From positions 1 to 64,000 of the forward strand of contig NMRA01000134.1 in the NCBI GenBank assembly GCA_002633005.1: DNA of 64,000 bases, given 5' to 3'. Made by a program: the position numbers and the translations under genes. Below the pieces are notes generated by a model. It was not told the DNA's origin and made no database searches. It saw only the letters and a list, made by a program, of their open reading frames with translations. Below are positions 51,773 to 64,000 of this stretch, piece after piece; the first letter of the stretch is position 1, and every line of letters begins with the position of its first letter. Source of the stretch: Phoronis australis (Eukaryota > Animalia > Phoronida).

Positions 51773-53945
51773 TTAAGTAGACAACAATGCCTTCTTGTCT
51801 TCAGAGGCGTTTGACGTATTCCGCTTGGCCACCTTTTGCCCATGTCCACTATTTTTCAAGTTTGTGGCATTCACCTCTCTATCCGCCTTACCAGAATCAT
51901 TATAAAAATTGGCATTATGTGTTCCTACTGGGAAGAGCATGGTTAACGATAATTTTCGAATGTCTCATTACTATGGCTTCCTAAGTGGCAGTTTTTTTCC
52001 TTCTAGTGTTGTATCTCTTAAACCTGTTAAATTTAGCATGTAGGGATCCCACAATTGTTTTGTCCCCTAGTGGCAATGTTAGATTTTTGGCATTCCCTTT
52101 TCATTTCCTTGGCAGATATTCATGAAATTTGGCAAAAGATTTCTGCGGAAATATGACAACTTACGTATTGCATTGAATGTATAATATGCCACCAAGTGGC
52201 CATTATTTTTCTGAGTCTGGTTTTTTTTGGTGTCTGTCTCTCTTATCTTCCAAGCTTCTTTAGGGATCATTATGAAAATTGGCATAATTATGTTTACACT
52301 GGAAAGTGCTTGACTGAGGATGGTTTTCCTTAAGGGCTCCAACAGTTATGGTATCCCTTAAAAGGGAACTGTATTTTATTCTGAACAAATTCTGGATAGT
52401 TTTCTATGACTTGTTGATGAATTTCACAAATAATTCAACAACAAAAAATAAAGTTATATTCTCTAACGAAGCTCAAAAAAATACTGGCTTGTAGCGCTGC
52501 GTCTCGTGACGTATTTGGCGGGGGCAAAGTCACTGTCCTGTGTTAACGTGCAGTCAAGTTGCATTTTTCATATTGTCGGAATAAGAAATTTTAGTGTGAA
52601 ATGTCGGGTCACCAGGTATACCTGTTTGAGCCGAGGCAACACAAAGTGATACCCAGTCATCGTCATCGCCTGACGAAAAATTGCCTTTGCAACCAGTCCG
52701 TATCAACAATTTACACTGGTGTGACTGTGCGGTGGGCAATGTGGACTCTAGCCAGCCAGTCAGCCAGCTACCAGCCAATACTAAACTCTGTAAACTTGAA
52801 GGGTTGGTAAGTTACCGCCTATAGCTGTATGAAGACTATCGTACCACTGTGTGTTGAACTCCGTTAACCTCGAAATTTCAGACAGCAGTTGACTACCCAG
52901 GTATAGTTGACTTATGCTCGTCACCTCTTCGTAAAACTTAGGCTACATCAATACATAAAGCTAATGTACCGGCGGGGGTGCATGCAAAATCTGGTATACA
53001 CCAACACTCACATTGTTCGTTGCAGCCGTTTACGTGGAAAACAATCAAATAAACGTAATCTGGTAGCATAATTTGCCGCCTTTTGTAACAAAGAAGCGTT
53101 GTCCGTTTCAAAAACAGCACGCTCGTGACACGGCACACACGCCATTTCCTAAAATTTGAGGCGTCTTTCGGCCCGGACATGATGACAGCTTCGCAGCACC
53201 AAGATTGTTCTGAAATTCGATTTGCTGGTATAAAAATACTAAAAACTTGTTGCAAAATGAAACAAGTTCCGATAATTTGTTGTAACATGTATGCATACTA
53301 GGTACTGGCAGCGACAAACACTAGATGAAAGAATCAGGGGGAAAAGAAACTGGTGAAGGTCAGGTGACGTAATCGCAAAAAGCCGACTCAAGAGAACACA
53401 TCACAATTTTAGCAGCAGCCCCGGATGAACGATCGCTAACTTTTCCAACACCGGTAAATACTGATGGAACTTCATCAAGTTTCTATTCTTTTCTATTGAG
53501 TGGAGTACAACTGACATGAATCTCAAAAATGCGTTTTCTTGCCGTAGAACTGATACTGTCCTTTTAAAAGTGCATGCAACCCGACATGTCAGGGGACAGA
53601 TTGGTCACTGTGTAAGAAATGCTTGTAGTTTTTATGTATCATTATCCAGTCTCTATGTTCAGTATCTGACATTGCATTTGTGTCCCTGTACCAGTTGCTT
53701 GATGATGAAATACACTTGTTCTAAAAACATTAGACAAACATTTTTTTGAATTTTCACTTGAAGCAAAAATGCCAGTATATAAATGGTTAAAAAGGTCATT
53801 TTTACTGAGGATTTGAGTTACCCCTCAAATTGGGGTTTTTACAAGCGCTTTTGTAGCAAAATTGTATACTTCGGAAGTACAGACATGTAGGGAAAGAGAG
53901 CTTTGTTTATCATTTCCTTGATGAGTTGATTGCAGAAAGTGGCTG

Positions 53946-53983
53946 TGAGAGTGTGTGAGAGTGTGTGAGAGTGTGTGAGAGTG
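53946..53983. repeat. (GTGAGAGTGT)n 10-bp repeat, about 4 copies
   Basis: Seen directly. Confidence 0.85.
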
Positions 53984-54762
53984 TCTGTACTTGAACATCA
54001 TGCTTTGAAAGCCATATGGCATTACTTAAACCATTTATCAAAAGCTATCTGAGAACCGAAACTTAACACATCCATTTTGGCTATTTTTTATTGTATTTGA
54101 TGAGTAGAAATGACCCAATGAGTTCAAAACATCACCACTTTTAGTCAACACATATCTGTGTATTTTAGCCAATGCTTTATTGTTGTGAAACCATGGTTAA
54201 TGCAGAAATATACTCTACTCCACACAATAGAACCTTGTAGGTCAGAATCACTGATAAACAGGCCTCTTGAGGACAGCTGAATTGTACCAATCTATTATTA
54301 ATTTAGGAGGTACAAGGTGGTGGAGTTTCTGATGGGTGGGGTAAACAAACTAACTGCTGCTGGAAATAACCTCTGTGCAGACAGCACCAAATGCAGATAT
54401 ATGGGTTGGCAGAGGGGCCCTGTACCTCTGTGGACACAAGCAAAAATTAAACACCAACATGCTTTAGGGACTGCGCAGACATTTTCCTGTGAATATTGTG
54501 TTTGGTTCCCTGTTGCGGCATTCTAAAACTGCAAGTGTGAGCAGAAATGGGGCTAAAAGCTAGCATTTTGGTCTTTGAGAAAAGAATGTTTTCATCAGTT
54601 ATGTGAACCCAGTAATAGAATCTACTGTAGACTGAAGTTTTCGTGTACTATGGAATGTTGGGATCAGATTTGCATCATCAGACAGAGAAAGTAAACTGCA
54701 CGATTGTCCCAAATATTTTTCTTTTTGTTTGATGTCATAACTGCACTACTGTCCAAATATTG

Positions 54763-54938
54763 TGACACTGAGACTAGCAAAGTGCAAGGGCTGCATGGAT
54801 GTCTCATGACACTGAGACTAGTAAAGTGCAATGGCTGCATGGCTGTCTCATGACACTGAGACTAGCAAAGTGCAATGGCTGCATGGATGTCTCATGACAC
54901 TGAGACTAGCAAAGTGCAATGGCTGCATGGATGTCTCA
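54763..54938. repeat. 44-bp minisatellite, 4 copies
   Basis: TGACACTGAGACTAGCAAAGTGCAATGGCTGCATGGATGTCTCA four times with single substitutions. Confidence 0.95.
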
Positions 54939-57639
54939 GGAGGACCACAGGCACTTTGCCCTGTGGCCAGTCCCATGTCAACAAAAATTGCTATAATTTC
55001 TAATGTCAATTTGAAGATTCATGAAGCCTCAACTGAAGTAGTCTTCATGTGGTCTTTATTGACTAAGTCATTGAGTACTATTGCTAACACATATTTGTTC
55101 AGAAGATGAACGTCGTCAGACTATTGTGGGTAACAGAGGAACAAAAAAGAAGTTTTGCAAAGGACGCTGATCTTGTCCTGTTTACCATGTACCGTGAGTG
55201 AGATAAGGTGGTGGAGAGGTTATTTGAGAAAAGAAAATACTGTATGATGTCCTTGATGTTGGATACTGATTTCAAAAGTCAGAGAATTTTCGAGCATCAA
55301 AAATCAAAGTTTACCTAAAATCTGCTGAAATTGGTTTTCTAAGGAAAATTACCGTTTTGGTTAATCAACGTGTCCACATTTTTGGGAAGTTTTGGTTCAG
55401 TTAGGGTTGAGCACGTACATTAAAAACCGGTTTATGCACTGATACTTGACTTTCGAGTTCACAATAAGTGAAAGATATCAAACTTCATTAGGACAAATTG
55501 AAAAAAGATTGAAGCCTTAATCTTGTATTAAATGTAATCATCACTTGTTAATTATCCTTTCTTTTGCCCAGTGACGGCAATTAGGAGGTTTTCATTAAAA
55601 CTAGAATTAATCTGTGTTACGCAACATTCTGAAGCCCCAAAGAATTCTGCCTGATGTTGATGGCAAAAAGGCAATTTCCTCTAAATTATAGTGAACGTTT
55701 CAGAGTGGTCAGTCTGAGTAGAATTGATTATTCGCACAACCTAGGGGATTGATATCTCAATTAACGTGCTGCCGGTCTGCTACTCTAGCCTCTAACAACG
55801 GTGTTTGGTGTGAACTATTTCTTTTGCCTGAATGGTTGAATTGGTGGGCGTAAATTATTGGGGCATGATCATCTGTAGAGAATCAACTACCTGTTTATCT
55901 TTAATTCATGTGCTGGTTATACATAGATAATTTAGGAGAGGCTGTACAACACGACCAAAAAACGCGAGTCTGTAAGCATTTCATCTTAACTGAATTTGAA
56001 TTAATCTTGAAGTAAAGAAAATTAACAACTTCAGCAAATTTTACATTAAAAAATCATTGAGAGGACAAGTGTATTTCAGAATGAGTTATTTCTTCACAAA
56101 ATATATTAATTTTGATTGTTAATATTATTTTTCAATATCATGTATTACCGTCATATTTGCATACCATACTCTTGAGTACCAAAATGTCGGAAGCTTAATC
56201 ACAGAAAACTTCATGTCACGGTTGGATTAACAAACTGTTAATAGCCCTTTGATGGTTTCTTCATTTGTGTTGCTCAGTTCCTTAAAGAAGTCATATTGAT
56301 TTTCCACTTCTTCTCTCGGGAAGGAAATGAATTAGATTGGAGTTCCCACGTCCCAAACTCATCTTCTCTTGTGAAGGTGAGAAAATACATTGTATGATTC
56401 ACTTAGATTTCGAAATGTATGATCTGTGGGTTTTCAAAAAAAAAATTATCTCTTCATTGCACCTTATAATATAACAGTATTAAATCACAAATAGCAAACT
56501 AGTGTTATAGAGTGATAAGCATGTGTATAATTTTAGCATGTATGATAAAGTTTCCTCAAATCCATTTAAAAGTATTGGACAAAATTGTCATTTATTATTC
56601 ATTTTTGAAATTATTAATATATTGCCAAAAATGTTCAAAATTTCATTGATGACAACCATACTCAATTTTCAGATACTCTTGTAAAATTGTTTTCTTTTTA
56701 CTCTTGTTAAAAATTTTTGATGGAATAAAACTAGAAGAAATGTTAGTGTAGATCAGGGCTGCATAGCATTGTGGGTAACTATCATAGCATCAGTTTTGAG
56801 GACATTACCTACTAAGTTGACAAGTGTGACCAGAGAACCTTACCTACTTATGACACACTAAGTTGACAAATATGACCAGAGAACTTTTTACCCCTGTTCA
56901 TTCCAATGTAACACCAAACCTCTTATGCTTTCTTGGGTAATTTAGTCAATGAATTTATTGTGAAATTCAGTGTTAAAATATGCACCTTTGGAAACTACTG
57001 ATCATTGTTCTAGTCAGGAAGTATTGTAGGGGGAGCATGTGAAAGTGATACAGTTATCTTCAACAGTTTCAAATTGAGCCATAGTTCAAATTTGTTGTGG
57101 AAATTCCATGCACATACTTTCATTTTAATCTTTTTATATGTTTGCAAGCAGATTGGTAAATAGTACTATTGCATAATCTGTGATTGACACCATCACACAC
57201 CTATGATAATCCCCAGAAAATAGTAGCTGTGTCATAATCCAATGAGCTGACCATTGAGCAATGATATAGATAGTGTTCAATACCTAGCACTCATTCACAA
57301 CACCAGATCATTCTTGGGAGGTGCAGTTGGGCACTCAGTGGTCTTATGAACAACCAGCAAGGCATTTATAGAGACTTTATATGATTATGGTTCCATGCTT
57401 GGTAATTGAAAATTGACTGTTCTGCTAATTTTCATTTACTACTACAATGGAGTTGATATTAGTGACAGTGTGAAGTCAGCAATGTTCTCTAGGATGAAAC
57501 ACAGTTCTGTTCATCGAGGTGAGCCATTTTATTCTTTTCTAAGGAAGGATTCATTTTACAAAGCAGTTCCAAACTTCAGGATATTAACCTCACCTGACGT
57601 ATGTGAATAGCATACCTTTTCTTAAAAAATTGGAAATAC

Positions 57640-57825
57640 AATAAGCATTGCCTTCGAAAAATACTCACAAGACGGTTTCCTTTGTATTTACTTTGAAACC
57701 TGCTCATAAGAAAATAAATTTTCCTTTTGAAAACTTTGTGCATAAGAAAACAAGCATTCCGTTTGAAAAAATGCTCGTAACAAATAAGAATTTCCTTTGG
57801 AAAATGCCTTTAAGAAAATTAATTT
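57640..57825. repeat. highly degenerate tandem repeat of about 35 bp
   Basis: Recurring TTT(G)GAAAA..TGC.CATAAGAAAA pattern. Confidence 0.45.
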
Positions 57826-58109
57826 CACTGTAAACACACTTGGGAAAATGTGTACCAGTGTTTCTACATAAAGTTTTAAACATTAGTCAGTAATGAGGTC
57901 TGTCTTATGTGCGGTGCTGGTTTGGTAAATTTAGAGGTATGTATACTTCCCAAGCCCAGAGTATCAGAGGACAGAATATTGGAGGTTTAGTGAGCTCACG
58001 CAATGTGGAGCTCGTCTCTTTTATGTTGTGACACCAGTACGTGAATTTTTATTTTACTTATACATTGTCTTCGATGCTTTTTTTCTCCTACCTGTGAGTT
58101 CCACGTTGG

Positions 58110-58367
58110 TGCGTCCCTCTTTTATTATTAGTTGTCTGTGCTTCCTTTTCATTCCCTCTGGATTGGTTCTCCTGCGTCCCTTTTCCTATTATTAGTTGTC
58201 TGTGCTTCCTTTTTCCTTCCCTCTGGATTGGTTCTCCTGCGTCCCTTTTCCTATTATTAGTTGTCTATGCTTCCTTTTTCCTTCCCTCTGGATTGGTTCT
58301 CCTGCGTCCCTTTTCCTATTATTAGTTGTCTGTGCTTCCTTTTTCCTTCCCTCTGGATTGGTTCTCC
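58110..58367. repeat. 65-bp pyrimidine-rich minisatellite, 4 copies
   Basis: TGCGTCCCTTTTCCTATTATTAGTTGTCTGTGCTTCCTTTTTCCTTCCCTCTGGATTGGTTCTCC repeated. Confidence 0.95.
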
Positions 58368-58689
58368 ACCCAAGGGGCGTTCTATGTTACACATTTCTTT
58401 TTTACAGTTGGCACAATTGGCAATTTTGTCACATGATGGTTTTGCGTACATGTTCGGAGTATGTTTCTTATAATTTTGTCATGTTATATCTATTTCTAAC
58501 TACCTTCTTTAATAAGTAAGATTAATGAAATCTACTTCAAAATTTAGTAGACCCATTTAACGAACATGTGCTACTTCCAATTGTATAACAGCATTGCTTG
58601 ACAGCATGAAAACATAGGGAAGCCTATTTTTGAATAAATTATAAAATGCACATATACCTATATTTGCTAATCATAAAATTTGCAGCTCA

Positions 58690-59370
58690 TATATTGTTTC
58701 TCCAAAACAGATCACACAAAGGTATTTTTGTATTGGCAACTGATTTTATCGGTGCATTTGGTATTCAAGTTAGTAAACATGCTCAAAGCTAGACTGAATA
58801 CTTTTGTCCACAGAGAATTGTAGGTTGGTGAGATGCTCGTGATCGAAACAGACAATTCATTTAAACGAGCGATTTGGTATGGCCCTTTCTGTTGTAGTCC
58901 AGTCACGAGCCGCAACTTTAACCAGTGTCTTTTCAACAAGCTTTTGGTCTTCGTTTTTTCAATATCTTAAAGAATGATTTTGGCTTTTGCGTTTTATTTT
59001 ATTTCTAAGCGAAGTCTAATTTTTTGCTCACCTGGGAGATTTCAGTTGCTTCTACTAGAAATTGAGATGAGCCTGAAGGCACTGATATACCACTGTTTCT
59101 TTCATCAAATCTAAGCTTGGTACAACCCATCTTTTAATTCTTGTGTGCTAGTCATCTTTACTTCTTCTTAAACACTGTCCACTGATGGTAATTCTACTCA
59201 TCTGTCAGTCATTGGATCATTTGGAGACGTTTCGAGTTCTAGCACAGAACTGTTTCCTTGTGATGTGCTGGTGTCATTTGGATTGGTTACAAGACTACTA
59301 GTGTCACCTGGTGAATCTTCTTCAGCAGGAAGATTGAAGATGTTGTGGTTTCTGATCTTGGCATCATTTT
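58690..59370 (-). pseudogene. decayed coding-like relic, possibly transposase-derived
   Basis: Minus-strand frames read as protein-like with isolated stops: NLPAEEDSPGDTSSLVTNPNDTSTSQG... and RAIPNRSFK*...SSFEHVY*LEY...YLCVIC. The family cannot be assigned securely. Confidence 0.3.
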
Positions 59371-61308
59371 AAAATACTTCAGTGAAGATCAGAAACCTGG
59401 TTATTGTCGTATCATTGCAATGCATACAACCCCCCTCTGAAAAGCAGGTCCTAATAGTAAGCCGTCCTAGTTCAGCCACATAAAAATAGATTACACGTCT
59501 CGAACAAATCCATTGATACAGTTGACAGTCACTGAGTCTTCATCATGTCTGTGCTCATACGGTACCTACCGCACTGAATCAAATCCAGTGGTTGTCGTGC
59601 GCACTGAATTGTTCATTCATCAGACTGTCCTGCACTTTTAGGGTGACAATTAAGCGCTGCTGTCAGCCTTTGCCAGCATTTAGAGAATACAAAATGAAAA
59701 CCGTAAGTGTACTGCGTCTCCGTGCGTCTATGTCCCACTACTTCGCTGCTCATGTGCCTTGCTGAACACACAAGGGCATTAAATTCTGTCGGCAAATATT
59801 CTTAGTTTTTGTGCAATGTAAATGAAGAGAACATATGGTCTTGATAGTTAGTGTTTGGGGGGGCTGTTGAGAACCCATGACTCAACACTGTTGTCAGCTG
59901 TAAGATTCCATGGTACGGTACTTCTGCTTTCATCTCAGTACCACAGGTTAATAAGTTAGGGCTCAGTCCAGAATTATACATTTCTTAATCAGCCAGTTCA
60001 TTAAAATCGGATTAAAATTCTAAACCTACCTCTCTAATCGGGTTGAGCGAATACTAAAAATTAATAAACCAGATTTAAGCCATTAAAGTTAGCCAGTTGG
60101 GCGGCCTCTGGGATATAATGGTGTAAAGATGAGGAAATGTTGTTTCTTAGCTTAGTTGTTTTCCAAAGAACTTTTAAAGCTATTCAAGATTCCAATATCA
60201 ACTGCCTATAGATAGGACAGCCTGAAGAGCTAATATGAATCCCTTCTAAATATAAACTGTGATTTTTTTACTGTATAACACAGTGTGGCATAAAGCATGA
60301 CCAAAGTGACATGGCAAGAATACAACTTAAATTGTAGTATATAATTGTCAGATTGTGAACTGTCTTGTGTCATCTAAGAATAACCATTTGATACCTGAAG
60401 TTAATGGATTCAGTGTAATTTCTTGAAATATTTGATGAATCATTTTACATGGTCAATTCTATGAACAGCACATGTTTTTGTTTCACCTTCTGCAGTTGTA
60501 CTTATGGTTTTACACACAAACACATAAAGACGTTAGATTCCATTGTCCCCTGAAAAAAAGTTGTCAGCTTAACTGATATATTTTGCGGATTATTCTGCCT
60601 ACTGGAATTTAATTTTGCTATTTGGTCTGTTTATATCTAGTAGAAATTCTATGATCAAATCCTGGTAAATCCCAAACTTTTACACAGACAATGCCAACTG
60701 TTTACACTGCCCAAAGGCATGTGTCAACCCTATCCAATAACAGACTTTGAGTTAGGCCATTACCTTTTGTGGTGTTGAGAATATCATGGCTTTGTGGTGT
60801 TTTTGAAGCCTTTACATAAACTCAGTGTTTGGCATGGAGTTTCATCTGATCAACCACTTAAGGCTTCAGCCTGCAGTTGAAGCCTGCAGACATGAATTTG
60901 AGGTGCTGGATTGAATTTGATCTTGTAGGAGATTGAGATTAAGGTAGAACTGGAAAGTAATTAGTGGCATAAAGTAAAACTAATTGGGTGTGTGGAAGTG
61001 ATTAGATATCTGAACCACTGCTGTAGTTGTACAGGTCTGTCTGCACTGTCTTATGGTTGCTCTGTCTTCTTTGACTTGCCTTGGTGAAATCCACATCATT
61101 GTACAGAGTGTTTGTTCACAAAGGTGGAGAATTACAGAAACCCAGGACCACTCACTCTCAACTTGCTGGCTGCTTAGACATTACGTATCAGTTTGATGTG
61201 CTGTTTATTTGCTCCCATTTTCTATGTATTAGCTTTATTTTTTGTTACTGTTTTGTAGGGTATAGTTTACCAGATACTCATTAGGTAATGATCTCTTTGT
61301 TCATTTAA

Positions 61309-61809
61309 GGTTATGTAGGACCTTAGAAAAATGTTCACATATGGGTTCCTCATGAACTTCATATCTCAGAAACTGATTCATATGGATCTCTCAGATACTA
61401 TACTTTATGCACTACTTTCCAGAACACTAGTGTTAGGAATTATTTTTAACATATTCCTTTTTTGTGTGAAAAAGCAGAACGTCCATATTTTCATGAAAAA
61501 AATTAAAGCAAAAACGAATTTTTTTAGAAAACTGTAACAGCGTTTTCGATATCTCAACTTGAACATTAATATCTAATAAAATTTGAACGTGTTATTGATA
61601 CCACTGTGTTGCTATCCACGTACATTTTTGCTTGATTTTACAAAAAAGTGGTGGTCCTGTGAGCCAATTAATAATAGATTGGTAAAAAGTTTACTATCAA
61701 ATTCTACACGCTTTCTACTTTCAGGATATATAGACTTTAACTTTAATTTCTATAGTTTTGGAGATACTTATCTAAATACGCAGATCTGTCAGTTAGGTCC
61801 CACATAACT
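61309..61809. mobile_element. degenerate Kolobok-like MITE, 500 bp
   Basis: TTAA|GGTTATGTAGGACCT ... AGGTCCCACATAACT|TCAA. Confidence 0.65.
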
Positions 61810-62689
61810 TCAATGACCGAAAATGTAATAAATAGAATGACTACAAGGAAATATACGTTGTGTTGTTTCAATATTGTAATGATTATGTGTTGGGCCATCT
61901 CATCATTTAGCTCATTTCGCAATTGTATTTAGTTTTTTTAGCTAACATCTGCGTGTTAGCTATTGTATAGTATTTAAACTGATAACAAAGGCTTTCATGT
62001 TTGATATAGGTGGCTCATTTTGTCTGTGATAAGTCTAGTGTGTGTGCACAAAGGGCTGACACCTGACAGCAGTAACTGATATTGAATAATTATTGTTGGA
62101 AACCATCTTATAATGTTGCTGCTGAAAAACCTGTCATGTTCCCTATCATCTGCTGAAAGTTATCAGCCCTAGTATCAGATTTGGGGAAGGTTATCTCCAG
62201 TATCAGTTAAAAAGCAAAACATGCTGACTGGAACACTAACAACAGTCTTTAATACTAAATGCATTGTGTCCGCTTGTGGCCATGTTTGCATTGTCCCTCT
62301 GCTGTTTTCCTAAGTTAGCATGTTATTTTACCAGTGTCTAGGTTGTGTACTCAGCTAATCAGCCCTGTTGCTGTTCATTGCCTCTACAGCATAAAAATTT
62401 CAAGATAATTCACAAGTATGAAATTCCTGCAGGCACATGATTGTCTATTATCTACAAGATTGTCTTGGCGCGTGTCCTCATTTTCACCTGATGTTATTGA
62501 ACCACTGGGTATACAGGTGCTTTGTCAACATAAATGCCTGTAATTATGCCAGGACAGTTATCCCCAGCAGCCAATGGAGTTGGTCATCTAGGTGGTATAG
62601 TGGACTTTTCAAAGTTCAATCAACCAGCATAGTGAGTTGGAATCATGCTGGATAGAGTACACCGACCAACAACAAGTGTGCCGTATTAA

Positions 62690-63175
62690 GGCTATGTCGG
62701 ACCTCAGCTAAAAATGTCCAAGTTTGGCTAACTTGGCAATATCTTATCTCAGGAATGGCTGATCGCATTTGTATGAAAATTTCAAGCTTGATGCAGTGTT
62801 CTAAATAACATGTTCCCCTTTGGCATGAGGGGATATTACAAAATAGGACTTAAGGATTTTCACGGAAAAACTCAAATGTTGCACAAAATGAAAATGAAAT
62901 GATAATTTAAAAAACTGTAATATCGTTTTTGAGATTTTATCTTGAAAATTTGGCCATAATTGGTGAGAATTTACCGTGTTCGTGCATTCCATACCAAAAT
63001 AAACGTTCGCCAGAGGCAACATGTTCAAGTTGGGTACCATCGGTACTATAAGACAATTTGGTGACAAATGTTCAAGACTTCAAAAATCTTAAAATCTAGT
63101 TTTGGCAATTGCTTTGTCTGAAATTGGAGAGATTTTACCATATAACACACCTGGGGAATAATGTTTGGTCAGATA
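62690..63175. mobile_element. left part of a related Kolobok-like element, apparently interrupted at about 63176
   Basis: TTAA|GGCTATGTCGGACCT resembles the TIR at 61309; no right end within the window. Confidence 0.45.
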
Positions 63176-63176
63176 A

Positions 63177-64000
63177 GGCCCTTTCATACTAACTTCGGTC
63201 CTGGATCGAAGTTAACATTGCCAGTTAAACTGGTGGATTCAACAGCAAAGCGTCAGTGCTGCGGTGCAGTATGAACGGTCGACTTCAGTCCCATCGAAGT
63301 TATCTCCAAGGGCCACTGTTATCGTCAACAATAGCTCACTTGCGAGTTTCTCCTTAGTCACTGTGATGTCACCGGAAAAGGGGCAAAACCCGCCATATTG
63401 CTCTTGTTTTGCCCCGAGTCTTTGCTACACACGCTAAAACTTACTGGAGTTCTTATGGTGAATTTTAGGCTTAAAACGTTAAAATAACTTAAGATATGAT
63501 AGATGGATCGTGGAATAACTGTGAATGGGCGAAGAAAATGTGAACTTGTTATGTTGTGCGAAGCTGTGAACGGACTGAAATTGGAACTTAATCCGCTCTA
63601 GGCCTGAATGCCGCAGGCATACAGGGGCGATAGTGTATCCCCATAAAAAGACATTCACTTCAAAATACAGCAAATAAAATCAAATGAAACATGCATATGT
63701 GCACATGAAGTTATAATTAACACATACCCTGACTCTGGACACAATTTAGTCTACAAATAACTTGAGCATATCCATGTAAACCTCGCGGTTCTCTCGAGTT
63801 TCTCTCATTGGCCGCCATTTTGAGGAAGTTATGTGAAATCATGCCTGTTGACGAACAAAAAGTCCAAGGGACACAAATCTTACAAATTTCACTTGATATT
63901 TTCTCATGCTATTTTGCAAGTGTCACGCGCCAGGTCACGCGCCAGATCTCGCGCTTCGCTCAGTCTCGCGCTAGCCTTTGCCTCATACTCACCTGGCTTA
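63177..64000. mobile_element. left part of a PIF/Harbinger-like element running off the window
   Basis: TAA|GGCCCTTTCATACT terminus with AACTTCG/CGAAGTT subterminal palindromes. 63263-63332 matches 26944-27016 (CAGTATGAACGGTC.ACTTC..TC.CATCGAAGTTAT..CCA.G.GCCACTGTTAT.GTCAACAAT). CpG-rich interior. Confidence 0.55.

Larger units (their letters stand above)
47376..52560 (+). mobile_element. long non-autonomous Helentron/HINE-like element with degenerate internal repeats, hosting nested insertions
   Basis: Starts TTTTTATGTGCCCAC and ends GGCGGGGGCAAAGTCACTGTC...CAGTCAAGTT, resembling Helentron-type ends in T-rich sites. Recurrent internal motifs ATGAAATTTGGC, ATCATTAT.AAAATTGG and GGATTTGA..TAT. 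No Rep/helicase ORF seen. Confidence 0.5.

Noticed and set aside
21617-58367. Minisatellites considered as CRISPR-like arrays
   Set aside because: Units are head-to-tail without unique spacers, there are no cas genes, and the context is eukaryotic.

Overview
AT-rich, gene-poor eukaryotic DNA from a bilaterian invertebrate (the repeat style resembles mollusc or other lophotrochozoan genomes; this is an inference). The only coding sequence I recognise is the 3' part of an ERGIC2 internal exon at 1-97 (+), and I could not find the next ERGIC2 exons in the window. A candidate spliced non-coding or 5'UTR transcript begins near 6.9 kb (+), and the rest looks like a very long intron or intergenic DNA. 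It is filled with non-autonomous DNA transposons (Kolobok-like with TTAA, PIF/Harbinger-like, Tc1/mariner-pogo-like with TA, hAT-like with a 6-bp TSD, Helentron-like), several of them nested, plus one tRNA-derived SINE and about a dozen minisatellites. Two duplications at N junctions look like uncollapsed haplotypes, and one reveals a 2.3-kb deletion allele with 4-bp microhomology. The most unusual sequence is a very GC-rich array of hairpin-forming repeats at about 3.95-4.56 kb. I found no convincing new biological system, and nearly all ORFs in the supplied track appear spurious. All identifications are by eye or from memory; no searches were run.
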